Shown piece after piece: positions 34,801-43,826 of a DNA stretch of 43,826 nucleotides. The first letter of the stretch is position 1. Every line of letters starts with the position of its first letter. The notes beneath the pieces are model-generated. The model was not told where the DNA came from and did not search any database. It saw nothing but the letters and a program-made list of their open reading frames with translations. Source of the DNA: Litorilinea sp. (GTDB taxonomy: Bacteria > Chloroflexota > Anaerolineae > Caldilineales > Caldilineaceae). The position numbers and the translations under genes were made by a program. Where the stretch lies: NCBI GenBank assembly GCA_040880365.1, contig JBBDIO010000059.1:1-43826 (forward strand), read 5' to 3'.

Positions 34801-35721
34801 ATATTTGCCCTCTTCGGGGAAAAACTCCAGCGTGCCACCAAAGTGGGCAGGATCCCCGCTGCGCAGCGCGTCAAAAATGGCGGCATAGCTCAGTTCGCCA
34901 TAGAAAATCGTGGCTTCGCGCGCCAATTTCGGGGGCGAATGGGCATCGGAATTGGAGACAAGCGTATAGCCATCGAGATTGGAGACGCGCCAGTTCATGG
35001 GCGGGTCGGAGGATAGGCCGGTTTCCAGGGCAAAGATGTGCGAGGTGAGATCACCAAAGCAGGCTTCGACCGAATCAAAGCCCGATTTGGAGCCGAGCAT
35101 AGAAAACCAGGGCGTCCAGATATGCGCGGGAATCAGCGCGCACGCATCATCCGCGGCCAAAACCAGTTCCAGCAGATCGCGCGAATCCAGGCCCAGAATT
35201 GGCCGGCCATCGGCGCGGATATTGCCGATCTTCTCCAGCGCGATCTGGATGGATTCCACAGCCTGCAACGTGGGCGCAAAAATCAGATTGTGGACTTTGC
35301 GCACATCGCTGCGCCCCGGCTCCGCCGTGCGGGCCTGGGGATCCGGGCGTTTGTAGATGTTGCTGATTTCGCCGGCCAGCAGAAAACGCACCTCTGCCCG
35401 ACACGCCGCGGGGACCTGGGCCTGGACGGCCGCGGCAAGTTCGGGCTTCAGACGGAAGAGACCCGGCTCTGCGGGTTCCAGCTTATCCCGGATTTCCTGC
35501 AACCACCCCGGATGCGAAATATCGCCCGTGCCCACAATCTGCACGCCCTTTAGCTGTGCCCATTGGGTAAGGTGCTCAAAATCCAGATTTTTGCTGGTGG
35601 CGCGGGAATAGTGAGAATGGATGTGCAGATCGGCGATGCGTTCATGGCGGCGACCTGGGGCGTGACCTGTGGGGCAACCTGCATTTGTTTCTGGCTGGGG
35701 CACGGGCGTCTGGGTTGACAT
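31816..35721 (-). CDS. fusion protein: EndoQ-like (TIGR00375-type) PHP-domain nuclease + UvrD/PcrA/Rep-type SF1 helicase
   Basis: The N-part (about 34318-35721) has DLHIHSHYSRATS, GLSSDPPMNWRVS, LVSNSDAHSP and EEGKYHHDGHRKC...CPVCGKPVTVGVSHRVERL (zinc-finger-like). A ~85-aa Pro-rich linker follows. The helicase part (about 31816-34062) has motifs I GPGTGKT, Ia AITFTNKAA, II VDEYQD, III GDPDQAIYGFRGA, IV RNYRS, V TLHAAKGLEFPVVF and VI RRLFYVGMTRA. I chose the start at the ATG at 35721 (MSTQTPVPQ...). Confidence 0.85.
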   Translation of the reverse strand: MSTQTPVPQPETNAGCPTGHAPGRRHERIADLHIHSHYSRATSKNLDFEHLTQWAQLKGVQIVGTGDISHPGWLQEIRDKLEPAEPGLFRLKPELAAAVQAQVPAACRAEVRFLLAGEISNIYKRPDPQARTAEPGRSDVRKVHNLIFAPTLQAVESIQIALEKIGNIRADGRPILGLDSRDLLELVLAADDACALIPAHIWTPWFSMLGSKSGFDSVEACFGDLTSHIFALETGLSSDPPMNWRVSNLDGYTLVSNSDAHSPPKLAREATIFYGELSYAAIFDALRSGDPAHFGGTLEFFPEEGKYHHDGHRKCGIAWTPLETLAQRGICPVCGKPVTVGVSHRVERLADRPPGGKPARVHPFVSLIPLPEILSEVHGVGPQSRRVQQDYHRLLALLGSELAILRHVPTAEIAQVGGEPLAEGIARMRAGNVLVQGGYDGEYGTIKVLAPELGLANSAIPQLGLFGEEAAPVSDPVPDPASESETAVAVNGTPPPAPTLADPPTFADPDGWQPLPLFDDGTLPSLPPAPVGVRMGGPVGNGEDAPEGERAPWAQLNAEQAAAVQCTDRPLLIVAGPGTGKTHTLTTRIAWLVQGRQAAPESILAITFTNKAAEELATRLRTRLGDTVGRRLTVQTFHALGARLLRDYGDALAPLGIELSPTFGIADGETQDALLAAATPDLGVRDRARLRDRISDAKNRLDLPDVDAIPSASGPDEGDFADFAQTLAAYDAQLRANSLVDYDDLIALSVRLLEEVPAVRAAVQARFRWISVDEYQDVNAAQVRFLRQLVGPATNICAIGDPDQAIYGFRGADYRHFFAFAEDFPNATIFTLQRNYRSPQSLLTAARQVIAKNPDRMAVELWSDFAEMVQLDVCAAATDRAEAESIVHRIEQMVGGISHFSLDSGRVDGGAGGNPDANRLLDAPNVAASPEDAPRTFGDFAVLFRLHAQAAPLVEALDRSGIPYQVVGGPAPYAHADMRWLIAALQWAQTPTTHVALLRLLAWDAAPHELAQLQRDLSTWLDAHLPADCDPAACDATACDAGQVLQQLVTDLAAGDSAVAQDGRAAAELSTRAQLLARFWPTLLAPADGEALSAAPVQSALTRLGAFLSEHAGHFPPLHATRFADLHARAQSFGAQWAAFLEALALTRPADGYDPRADRVTLMTLHAAKGLEFPVVFLAGCEEGLLPYVPPVSAARAATAPVAPEGTTEDARAEDGTIEADMAVSDAAIEEERRLFYVGMTRAQARLILTHARRRRLFGRTTEPHLSRFVDDIEAALKAVQQMAPRPMIQSRAEGQQLSLF

Positions 35722-36030
35722 GGCAAAAATCGCGGCTGGTGCGCAAAGATACGCAAATCTATACGCAAACATAAATGTGCAGAATTTTGCCCCATTATAC
35801 CCCCTTTGGGCTGGCATCCCCATCCTGCGCGCACCGAGACACCACACCGGATAACGCGGCGGGAAATGGGGATAGCATATCGACCCCTACCCTAATCTAT
35901 ACCCTCAATTTAGATGAATCTACACAGACAGCGCACCGCGCGAGGGCTATAGTGGCAAGATGAACAGGCAGACCAAGCCAACCAATCCGGGTGTGCGCAC
36001 AGGAACCTCACCAGATTAGCCCAGACCGGA

Positions 36031-36070
36031 TTAGCATAGAGATGCACGGGTTAGCATAAAAATGCATGAA
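36031..36070 (+). repeat. ~20-bp x2 tandem duplication (TTAGCATARARATGCAYG..) overlapping the annotated ATG at 36066
   Basis: Compare 36031-36050 ttagcatagagatgcacggg with 36051-36070 ttagcataaaaatgcatgaa. Confidence 0.7.
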
Positions 36071-36512
36071 AAGGAGCAGAACCTTGGAAGAAAAATCATT
36101 TGAATTGCAGGCCGCAGACAATCATGTCATCGGCATTGCCGCCACCCCCGAAATCCGCGATGCCATCCTGGAAGGATTGGTAGCCGAAGGCTATCAACGC
36201 GACGCCGATGTGAATGTATTGCACGGTGAAGAAGGGATGCGCGTCATCGATCCCGATGGCGAATATAGCGGACCGTTTGGCAAGCTGTTGCGCGCGTTTC
36301 AGAAGTTTACAACGGGCGTGGATGAGCGCACGCTGGAAGCCATGAAGCAAGCCTTGTTGACGGATCAATATATCCTCACCGTGGATATGGACGACAATGA
36401 TGAAACCCGTGAGGAAATCCGCGATGAGATCCACGCGATTATGCGCCGCAACGGGGCCACAAATATCTTTTTCAATGCGCCCTCATACATTGAACTGTTG
36501 AGCGGGTGGTAG
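36066..36512 (+). CDS. hypothetical acidic protein (about 142-148 aa)
   Basis: It is an uninterrupted ORF with plausible codon usage. An AAGGAG Shine-Dalgarno site at 36071-36076 lies 7 nt before a TTG at 36084, so the real start may be 36084 rather than the ATG at 36066. I recognise no family. Confidence 0.55.
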   Translation: MKRSRTLEEKSFELQAADNHVIGIAATPEIRDAILEGLVAEGYQRDADVNVLHGEEGMRVIDPDGEYSGPFGKLLRAFQKFTTGVDERTLEAMKQALLTDQYILTVDMDDNDETREEIRDEIHAIMRRNGATNIFFNAPSYIELLSGW

Positions 36513-36523
36513 ACGCGCCCAGA

Positions 36524-36564
36524 CTATACGTCCATGCTATACACGTTCATGCTATACGCCCAAG
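36524..36564. repeat. imperfect 13-15-bp x3 tandem repeat (CTATAC..CATG)
   Basis: Units: ctatacgtccatg, ctatacacgttcatg, ctatacgcccaag. The repeat starts about 10 nt downstream of the stop at 36512. Confidence 0.7.
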
Positions 36565-36637
36565 CCATATACCCCGAACCATAAATAGGCCGCGCAAGCC
36601 GCGACGAAGTCCTGCGCAAATCATAGTCCCCCATTTT

Positions 36638-36675
36638 GCACCCGGCGCGCACAGATACCTGCACGCGCCGGGTGC
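36638..36675 (+). terminator. perfect 12-bp GC-rich hairpin (possible terminator of the 148-aa ORF, no U-tract)
   Basis: gcacccggcgcg (36638-36649) pairs with cgcgccgggtgc (36664-36675) around a 14-nt loop. Confidence 0.4.
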
Positions 36676-36892
36676 GTGCGCGTTCTTCACAAAATCAGAC
36701 AAAAGACAGTTGACGCCCACAAGGCATTGGGGCATAGTAACGTCGTATCGCGATTATGCGAGCAATTGTGCGCAAATGCGTTCCCGCGCTGCCGCGCCCG
36801 GCGTGGTTGGGAAGACTCCGATCAAAATGAATGCACAAACCGTAATACGGCAATTTGTGATTTTAAGCACTTAGACGCACAGCCCGTTTCTA

Positions 36893-39800
36893 ATGGATTA
36901 TGCTCTTTTCGCCAGTGGTCTGGCCTTCGCATTATTGGCAGTAGTAAGCTTTGGGTTGGCAAGCCAAAAAGATCGCTTGCCGTGGCAATGGTTGGCCCTG
37001 TTCGGCGTGTGCATGGCCGCGCATCAATGGGCGACACTGCTCTTTTTTCTCACGACCCCGCTTGCTCAAAACTGGATAAGCACCGGCATTGCGCTGATAG
37101 GTTTTGGCGCGCTCTGGATTTTTGGCGCGCGGGGAGCGCAAGAGTCGGCAACCGCCCGCCACGATGGCCGTCCACTCTATAGTCATCCACTTTATAGCCA
37201 ACTCCTCTATTTCGGCGCACCTCTTCATTTCGGCATACCGCTTCTGTTGGCAGGGGCGGTCTATTTTTTTCTGAGTCCGGCAACTGCGTTGCTCGTCGCG
37301 CTGGGCGGGACAGGACTGGTTGCCGCTGCCCGCACCCTGCGCACCCTGCACAGCATCACATCGGGCCACGCATCCGGCATGGTATCTGGCAGCACACCCG
37401 CCGGCGCGCCTGTCGCCCCCACACGGTTGCGAGACGTCTTGCTGGTGAGCGCGGGCCTGAGTCTGGCGAGCGCGGTAGCGTGGGCATGTGTAGTTGCCCT
37501 GGGCGCCATCGATTGGCGCTGGACAAAGATCTGGTCGGCGTGGGGGGGCACCGAATTGACCGCGCTGGCCGCGTTCAGCCTGTGCGTCTGGGCACTGAGC
37601 CTCTGGTGGATCAAACGCCGTCAAAGTACAGACACAAGGCCACTCGCCACAGAGTCAACCGATAGCCGCTTGCCGACCACCCCCGTGCCTGCCACGCCGG
37701 TACCCGGCACCCTGCGCACCCTGTTGCGCACATGGGACGAATGGCTGTTGATGAGTCTGCTGATCGAGATTATGCTGTTGGGCTGGTTTGGTCTGCTCTA
37801 TTTTGATCGCAATCACCGCGCCGATCTCAACGGCGAACTTTTGCAGGCCGCGGCCAACATCGCCACGGGACTGGCGCCCCACGAAATCAGCCACCTCACC
37901 TTTTCGGCCCAGGATGAAAACGATCCGGTTTACAGTCGTCTCCAGAATCAGTTCGCCGCCCTGCTGCGCCTCTATCCCGATATCGAACGCATTTATCTGA
38001 CGGTGGCAAGCGAAGACGGTTTTCGGCTGGGAATCGTGCAAAACGCCACTGGCGCAGCGTTGCGCCCCACCTGGCAGACAGGCGCAACGCTGCCCGGTCC
38101 GCAACCGACGCTGCAACGCGTCTATGAAACCCGCCGCCCCCAATCGACCTATACCGATTCCAACAACATCAATTCTACCTATCTGAATTTCGGCCCCAAT
38201 TTTGTGGCGCGCCCGGAATCATCTGGCCTGGATGTCATCGCGGCCTATGCCCCTATCCTTGCCGCCGACAGCAGCCAGGTCGGCGCAGTGTTGGGATTGG
38301 AGATGCACGAAAACACATGGTATCACGTGCTACGCCAGCGGCGCGCGCTCTATATCGTCGCCGCCAGCCTTTTGGCGCTGGTCTTTCTGCTGGCGATCGC
38401 GCTGACACTCTATCGGGGGACATATCTCAAAATCGCCCCGATCTGGTTGCTGCACCCCGAACCCCTATTGATTTTTTTGTTCACGCTGGCCCTGGCGACG
38501 GGCAGCAGCTATTGGATGCATCATCGGATTCTGCGCACCAGCCAGGGCGAATTTCTGCGCGCCGCAGGTGTGCAAACCCGCACATTGGCCGATGCCCTTA
38601 TCTATCTGAATTCGGAAGTCAATGGCATTGCCCGCTTTTTCAGCGGATCCAACTATGTAGACCGCCAGGAATTCCGTGAATTTGTTGCGCCCATCCTGCG
38701 CGATACACCGGCGGCCCGCACCTTTGAATGGATTCCCGCGCTGACCGGCTACAATGCGCTGCGCGCCGCCACCGCCCAGGCCCACCGCACAGGTGTAGAA
38801 GATTTCCAGGTGTTTGGGCTAGACGCAGCCAATGCGCCCTATCCCATCTTCCCCCCAAACACCCCCACCGCTACCAACACAGACACAGACACAGACACAG
38901 ACACAGACACAGACACAGACACAGACATAAAGGAAACCGCCAACGTTCGCTATCTGCCCATCTACTATCTGGAATCTCTGGATACAGACGCAGCCGCCCG
39001 CCTGGGGCTGGATCTGGCAAGCTTGCCAGAAACGCGCAAACGCATGGAAGAAGCCGCGCTCGCCAGACTGACCACCGCCAGCCGCGCGCTCATGCTGCCC
39101 AACTCAGCTGGGGGCCAGATGGCGGATCTGCGGGTCGTGCGGGCTGTATTCCACAATCGTGGCGCGGACTCGACGACCGACGACCCATCTCTGCGCGGTT
39201 TTGTGGCAGGCGAATTGAGTCTGACCCCGGTAATGGTCGGCGCAATGGCAAGCACCTTTGAAACGCTGGATTTATTCTTTCATGTGGTCGATGTATCTGA
39301 CCCGGATGCGATACACGAAATATCTGCCTATCCCACCGAGCATAGCACATTGGAATCGCACACATGGGAATCCAGTTTTCACCCCGCCACACCGTGGAAC
39401 TACACGCCTTCGCAAATGCTGCCGCTATTGCTTTTCGGGCGCACCATCGCCATCATTGCCGAACAGCCCAATGCCGCCTACATACAACCGGCGCTGCGAC
39501 TGCCGTTGGCGGCGCTGGTGTTGATGACCATCACCGGCGCCAGCCTGGCCGGATGGGTATATTTGCTGCGCCGTTCGCAATGGCGCGCCGAAGAAATGGT
39601 TGTGCAACGCACCGCCGAGCTGCGCCACACCTCCGAGGAACTGGCGTTGCTTTCCGACAACATCGATACCCAAATCTGGTATCTGCGCACGCCCGACACC
39701 TATGGCGCAGTCAATCGCGCCCATGCCCGGTTTTTGGGACAGGAAAAAGCCGCGCTGGAAAATCGCCCGCTGTCGGAACTGTTGCCCGCGCCCGAAGCCC

Positions 39801-42451
39801 GGCGCGCCATCCAGACCAATCAGATTGCCTTTGTCCAGGCCCAGCAGATTCGCGCCGAAGAATGGCTCGTGTCCGCCACCGGCGAACCCCGTCTGCTGGC
39901 AGTCACGCGCACACCCAAGATCAACGGCGCAGGCCAGGTGGAGTATGTAGTCTGTTCTGCGACCGATATTACCGAGCAGAAACGCAATGCAGAACATCTG
40001 CAACAGCGCGCCGAACAAATGACCACGCTCTATCAGGTAGGCATGGCGATCACATCCGGGCTGGAACTGGAAAATGTCCTCCAGTCGCTGTATGAATATT
40101 GCCGCTTGATTGCCCGCACTGAAGCATTTAATGTGGCACTCTATGACGACCAGAGCGATACGATCTACTTCCCTATCTACATCGATCAGGGGAAGCGGCT
40201 AGAGATGCAGCCGCTGCGGCGGGATTCGCCCCTGGGGTTGACCACGTATATTGCCCGCACCCGCGAAATGCTCTACATCCGCGATTCCTTGGATCCGCCG
40301 GCGGCTGTCCGGGCGCGTATTATTCGCGCCGGGGGCGCGCCCACCCGTTCCTATCTGGGCATCCCTCTCCTCTGGGGCGAACGGCTGATTGGCGTCTTTT
40401 CCATCCAGGCCTACACGCCTGACGCCTATACCGACGACCAGATTTATCTGATTCGCACCATTGCGCAACAGGCCGCGGCGTCTCTCGAAAACGCCCGACT
40501 CTTTGCCGCCATGCAAGAAGCGCGCGATATGGCACAGGTTGCCAACCAGGCCAAAAGCGAATTTCTCGCCAATATGTCACACGAAATTCGCACCCCTATG
40601 AACGGTATCATCGGCATGACCGACCTGCTGATGGAAACCGGATTGGACGCGGAGCAGCGCGACTATGCCCAGATCGTGCAGAGCAGTAGCCGGCATCTGC
40701 TGACGCTGATCAACGATGTATTGGATTCGGCAAAAATCGAAGCAGGCCGCCTGGAGCTGGATGTTACCGACTTTGACCTGCGCGCCCTGGTCGAAGAAGC
40801 CGTCGACGCCACAGCTCTGCGCGCCGCGCAAAAGGGGCTGGAATTCGTTTATCTGCTGCCCGCCGATGTGCCCACCCAATTGCGGGGCGATCCGGATCGA
40901 TTGCGCCAGGTGTTGTTGAATCTGATTAGCAATGCCATCAAATTCACCGAATCCGGCCATGTAGTCATCACCGTTAAAGATGTCACAGGTCAAAATGCAG
41001 ACACACCTGCCGCTACATTGCCCCCGCGCGCCGATTTGGCGCAGATGGCCGAAATCTATTTTTCCGTCCGCGATACGGGAATCGGCATTCCGGATACCAG
41101 CCAGACGGATCTTTTCACCCCCTTCACCCAGGTAGATTCTTCCATTTCGCGGCGCTATGGCGGCACAGGGTTGGGGCTTGCCATTTCCCAGCGCATTGTC
41201 CAGATGATGCACGGCAAAATTTCTGTGACCAGTGAAATCGGCAGCGGATCGACATTCGCCTTCACGGTCCGCCTGGGCCGTGCGCGCCAGGTCGCCCCGG
41301 TCTATACACCCGTCCTGGCGCTTGCCCCGCTGCGCCAGGCGGCAGCCGTTCTCATCGTGGCGCGTTCCCCCCTAAACCAGTTTTTCGAGCTGACGCTGGC
41401 AGGGTGGCAAGTGCCCTATGCGATTGTTGATGAAATGGAGGCAGATGAAGTCCCCGCAGATGAAGTCCAGGCAAATAAGGAGCATACAGGTGGGGGCGAT
41501 ATCGATCCGGTTGATCAGGCCGATCAGATCGATAGATTGGCCGCCGCATGGGATACGCTGCGCCAATCCGCCCCACCAGAAGCACCCCACAAAACTCGGC
41601 ACCTGATTCTGATTACCGATACGGAATTTACCGACCCGGTCGCGTCATGGTTGCAAACGCATCCAGTCTATGGGCGCGAATTGGCGCAGGGAGCGTGGAT
41701 CAATCTGCTGCAATTGGGCAACCGCCCCCAAACCACAGACATTGCAACAGAGACAGAAGCAGACACAGACACTGTCACACCCCTCGGCAACCACGTTGCC
41801 GGCAGTGTAACGGCGCGGGAAATGTACAAGCCGCTGAAACAATCCACGCTGCTGGAACTCCTGGTGCAGATCACCAGCACGGCTGCCGGCAGAGAAGATA
41901 TCGATGGCGCGGCGCACGCACAAGCGTCCTCGGCAAATCCTGGGTCGGTCGCGTCGGCAGTCACCGAAACCGCCTACCCCGACCCCACAGAGTCATCTAC
42001 AGAGTCATCCGCAGAGTCATCAAGCGCATCGTCTGCCGCCCAATCGTCTGCGGTCCAGCCGTCCCCCGCCGACGGCTCGCACCAGATATTGCTGGTGGAA
42101 GACAATCTCACCAACCAAAAGGTCGCGCTCGCGATTCTGGGCAAGCTGGGCTATCACACCGAGGCAGTAGACGATGGCTTTGCAGCGCTGGCGCGGCTGG
42201 AACAAACCCCCGCCGACCTGGTCCTCATGGATATCCAAATGCCGGGACTCAACGGTTATGAAACGGCCCAGGCCATGCGCGCCGCGGGCATTTCCAATCG
42301 CCGCGGCGCGCCGTTGCCCATCATTGCCATGACGGCCCACGCCATGACAGGCGAACGCGAGCGATGTCTGGCCGCGGGCATGGACGACTATATTTCCAAG
42401 CCGGTGAAGCCCGCCCAACTGGCAGAGATACTGGCAAAATGGCTGAGCTAG
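36893..42451 (+). CDS. giant multi-sensor hybrid histidine kinase/response regulator (polytopic N-domain, Cache-like, CHASE, PAS, GAF, HisKA-HATPase, REC)
   Basis: About 8 N-terminal TM helices. The CHASE-type region runs [36 protein letters not shown]...YLPIYYLES...GLDLAS. Then PAS ([16 protein letters not shown]...) and GAF. H-box [10 protein letters not shown] (His codon 40580-40582), plus [18 protein letters not shown] and GGTGLGL. C-terminal receiver: [13 protein letters not shown]...[14 protein letters not shown]...IIAMTAHA...SKPV. Confidence 0.9.
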   Translation: MDYALFASGLAFALLAVVSFGLASQKDRLPWQWLALFGVCMAAHQWATLLFFLTTPLAQNWISTGIALIGFGALWIFGARGAQESATARHDGRPLYSHPLYSQLLYFGAPLHFGIPLLLAGAVYFFLSPATALLVALGGTGLVAAARTLRTLHSITSGHASGMVSGSTPAGAPVAPTRLRDVLLVSAGLSLASAVAWACVVALGAIDWRWTKIWSAWGGTELTALAAFSLCVWALSLWWIKRRQSTDTRPLATESTDSRLPTTPVPATPVPGTLRTLLRTWDEWLLMSLLIEIMLLGWFGLLYFDRNHRADLNGELLQAAANIATGLAPHEISHLTFSAQDENDPVYSRLQNQFAALLRLYPDIERIYLTVASEDGFRLGIVQNATGAALRPTWQTGATLPGPQPTLQRVYETRRPQSTYTDSNNINSTYLNFGPNFVARPESSGLDVIAAYAPILAADSSQVGAVLGLEMHENTWYHVLRQRRALYIVAASLLALVFLLAIALTLYRGTYLKIAPIWLLHPEPLLIFLFTLALATGSSYWMHHRILRTSQGEFLRAAGVQTRTLADALIYLNSEVNGIARFFSGSNYVDRQEFREFVAPILRDTPAARTFEWIPALTGYNALRAATAQAHRTGVEDFQVFGLDAANAPYPIFPPNTPTATNTDTDTDTDTDTDTDTDIKETANVRYLPIYYLESLDTDAAARLGLDLASLPETRKRMEEAALARLTTASRALMLPNSAGGQMADLRVVRAVFHNRGADSTTDDPSLRGFVAGELSLTPVMVGAMASTFETLDLFFHVVDVSDPDAIHEISAYPTEHSTLESHTWESSFHPATPWNYTPSQMLPLLLFGRTIAIIAEQPNAAYIQPALRLPLAALVLMTITGASLAGWVYLLRRSQWRAEEMVVQRTAELRHTSEELALLSDNIDTQIWYLRTPDTYGAVNRAHARFLGQEKAALENRPLSELLPAPEARRAIQTNQIAFVQAQQIRAEEWLVSATGEPRLLAVTRTPKINGAGQVEYVVCSATDITEQKRNAEHLQQRAEQMTTLYQVGMAITSGLELENVLQSLYEYCRLIARTEAFNVALYDDQSDTIYFPIYIDQGKRLEMQPLRRDSPLGLTTYIARTREMLYIRDSLDPPAAVRARIIRAGGAPTRSYLGIPLLWGERLIGVFSIQAYTPDAYTDDQIYLIRTIAQQAAASLENARLFAAMQEARDMAQVANQAKSEFLANMSHEIRTPMNGIIGMTDLLMETGLDAEQRDYAQIVQSSSRHLLTLINDVLDSAKIEAGRLELDVTDFDLRALVEEAVDATALRAAQKGLEFVYLLPADVPTQLRGDPDRLRQVLLNLISNAIKFTESGHVVITVKDVTGQNADTPAATLPPRADLAQMAEIYFSVRDTGIGIPDTSQTDLFTPFTQVDSSISRRYGGTGLGLAISQRIVQMMHGKISVTSEIGSGSTFAFTVRLGRARQVAPVYTPVLALAPLRQAAAVLIVARSPLNQFFELTLAGWQVPYAIVDEMEADEVPADEVQANKEHTGGGDIDPVDQADQIDRLAAAWDTLRQSAPPEAPHKTRHLILITDTEFTDPVASWLQTHPVYGRELAQGAWINLLQLGNRPQTTDIATETEADTDTVTPLGNHVAGSVTAREMYKPLKQSTLLELLVQITSTAAGREDIDGAAHAQASSANPGSVASAVTETAYPDPTESSTESSAESSSASSAAQSSAVQPSPADGSHQILLVEDNLTNQKVALAILGKLGYHTEAVDDGFAALARLEQTPADLVLMDIQMPGLNGYETAQAMRAAGISNRRGAPLPIIAMTAHAMTGERERCLAAGMDDYISKPVKPAQLAEILAKWLS
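37172..37201 (+). repeat. imperfect in-frame 15-bp x2 duplication inside the kinase N-terminal membrane region ([10 protein letters not shown])
   Basis: ccactctatagtcat (37172-37186) and ccactttatagccaa (37187-37201) are 12/15 identical. Confidence 0.7.
38879..38926 (+). repeat. hexanucleotide coding microsatellite (ACAGAC)8 encoding (Thr-Asp)8 inside the CHASE domain
   Basis: Eight perfect ACAGAC units lie at 38879-38926. Confidence 0.95.
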
Positions 42452-42509
42452 CCCGACACGCGGCTAACCTGACAGGCGAGTAGTCTGCGACACGCCATAA
42501 GGCCATAGG

Positions 42510-43364
42510 CTAGAGCGAGGGATAGAAAAGCGGCGCGCCCTGCAATCCAGTCTGGCGATTGATGCCCAAATGCCAGCGTCCCAGATTGGCCCACAGCAGG
42601 CTTGTCAGGTTTTCGCCGCCAAAGCAGACATTGGTCGGCGCGCCCAGCAATGTGCCCTCATAATCTTCCATCACCACCCCCACATCGCCGGCGGGAGTCA
42701 CACGGAAAATGACATCGGGGCGATAGCACGCCACCAACACACTGCCATCGGCGCAAAATGCCAACCCGTCGGGCACGGTGCCCGGCAGACTGACCACTTC
42801 TTCCACAGCCCCCACCTTTTGCCCCGCGCGAATGGGAAAACGCACCACCCGCGGATGGTTGAGGGAGATGGCAATATAAAGATAGCTGCCATCGGGACTC
42901 ACCGCACAGCCATTGGGAAACTGGCAACTTTCGGTGTCGAGGAGCGCCGTTTCCCCGCCCGGCGCAATTGACCAGATGCAGCCATTATCCGCTTTCCACG
43001 CGCCCGAATCGGCCACATATAAAAAGCCCGCGGCATCGAAGGCAGGATAGTTGGGCGTTTGCATGGCGCGCGCGGCGGTGCCCCGGCTATAAACGCTCAC
43101 CGTGCCGTCGGGCGTCACCCTATTCACCACTTGTTTGCCCGCATTGCAGACGTAGAGATTGGCGGCAGCATCGGCAGCCAACCCCAGATTCAGCCCACCC
43201 GTCTGGGCAAACTGGTGGGCACTGCCCGCGGCCAAATCCACGCGATAGACCTGTCCATCCTCGCCCCCGGCATAAATATAACCATCGGGAGCATAGGTAA
43301 TGCCTTCGGGATGATCCAATCCTTCGACCAGCATTTCGGCATGGGCAAGCTGTATTAAAGGCAT
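42510..43364 (-). CDS. SMP-30/gluconolactonase/LRE-like beta-propeller protein
   Basis: GLDHPEGITYAPDGYIYAGGEDGQVYRVDL is followed by repeated blade motifs (PDG..Y, ADSG, PNG.AVSPDGSYLY, PDGLAFCADGSVLV). AGGAG Shine-Dalgarno site upstream. Confidence 0.85.
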   Translation of the reverse strand: MPLIQLAHAEMLVEGLDHPEGITYAPDGYIYAGGEDGQVYRVDLAAGSAHQFAQTGGLNLGLAADAAANLYVCNAGKQVVNRVTPDGTVSVYSRGTAARAMQTPNYPAFDAAGFLYVADSGAWKADNGCIWSIAPGGETALLDTESCQFPNGCAVSPDGSYLYIAISLNHPRVVRFPIRAGQKVGAVEEVVSLPGTVPDGLAFCADGSVLVACYRPDVIFRVTPAGDVGVVMEDYEGTLLGAPTNVCFGGENLTSLLWANLGRWHLGINRQTGLQGAPLFYPSL

Positions 43365-43415
43365 ATGCGTTTCTCCTGGAAAGCCTGGTAGTGTGGTGGA
43401 TACAATTTGTATGGG

Positions 43416-43826
43416 TCAGGGCCAATGCACATGGCGCGGGCCGGTTGCGCCATAGACAGGATCGGTGGCGGGCAGCGGCACGGCCTGGATATTCGTCAAC
43501 ACCTGCGGGCGTTCGCCCGGCGCGCCGCGACACAGATCCCACATTTGGCCGGGGGGATAGGCGCCCACCACCAGCAGATCGGCACTCGCGCCCAGATTCT
43601 TATGGCCTACGCCTGCCGGAATCAACACCACATCGCCGGCGCGCACCGGCACGATTTCGCCCTGTTCGCCGCCAAACTGCACGCGCGCGTGGCCGCGGGC
43701 AATCGCCAACACTTCGTGCGCCGTGCTGTGATAGTGGTGATAGGCAAATATGCCGTTGCGCCACCAGTTTGTCCAGCCCGCACGCCCAAAGACGGCTTCG
43801 CACTGTGCGGCAGACTGTGCGGCAGA
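43416..43826 (-). CDS. cupin-domain protein (YjlB-like), 5'-truncated at window edge
   Basis: The frame stays open to the window end: ...WWRNGIFAYHHYHSTAHEVLAIARGHARVQFGGEQGEIVPVRAGDVVLIPAGVGH. The ORF-track start at 43712 is an internal GTG. Confidence 0.8.
   Translation of the reverse strand, partial: SAAQSAAQCEAVFGRAGWTNWWRNGIFAYHHYHSTAHEVLAIARGHARVQFGGEQGEIVPVRAGDVVLIPAGVGHKNLGASADLLVVGAYPPGQMWDLCRGAPGERPQVLTNIQAVPLPATDPVYGATGPRHVHWP

Noticed and set aside
1-43826. Mobile elements, genomic island or defence island
   Set aside because: No transposase, integrase, recombinase, restriction-modification, toxin-antitoxin or Cas-like ORFs were recognised. No flanking tRNA or long inverted or direct repeats were seen. 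Composition looks uniform apart from the AT-richer intergenic regions.

Overview
GC-rich bacterial chromosomal segment. I found no rRNA or tRNA genes, CRISPR array, transposase or integrase. I call about 25 protein genes. Plus strand, 5' end: a partial acidic-tailed ORF, then a three-gene amidohydrolase module (creatininase family, AstE/AspA family, Asp/Glu-racemase-like). Minus strand, 3339-7958: three secreted surface-type proteins (collagen-like/beta-helix protein, a 104-aa secreted protein, and a beta-helix protein with a (PD)15 tail). Next come isocitrate dehydrogenase with a C-terminal extension, and a long AT-richer intergenic region. A complete five-gene family-5 (Opp/Dpp-type) ABC importer follows, then msrB plus a CBM9-like gene, a LysM/SH3 protein, an acidic-tailed lipoprotein, an orphan 551-aa secreted protein and a DJ-1/PfpI protein. 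The remaining genes are a 908-aa hybrid histidine kinase, a 1486-aa secreted metzincin-motif protein with beta-propeller-like and IPT/TIG parts, and a 1301-aa fusion of an EndoQ-like PHP nuclease to a UvrD/PcrA helicase. After those come a small acidic orphan ORF, an 1852-aa multi-sensor hybrid kinase, an SMP-30/gluconolactonase-like protein and a partial YjlB-like cupin. The taxon cannot be fixed without a search; the gene content is loosely reminiscent of Chloroflexota-like filamentous bacteria. Four observations stand out. (1) A short C-terminal tail, hydrophobic-F/H-hydrophobic-P-x-hydrophobic-x-R/K then end, is shared by four otherwise unrelated signal-peptide proteins. It fits no sorting signal I know. 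(2) The three-gene secreted locus has an exact 18-bp element in both of its upstream regions. (3) The EndoQ-like/UvrD fusion. (4) Head-to-tail duplications of 11-15 bp, most exactly 15 bp, recur across the window and several sit on start codons, a Shine-Dalgarno site and a stop codon. All functional calls rest on motif recognition by eye; no database search was run.
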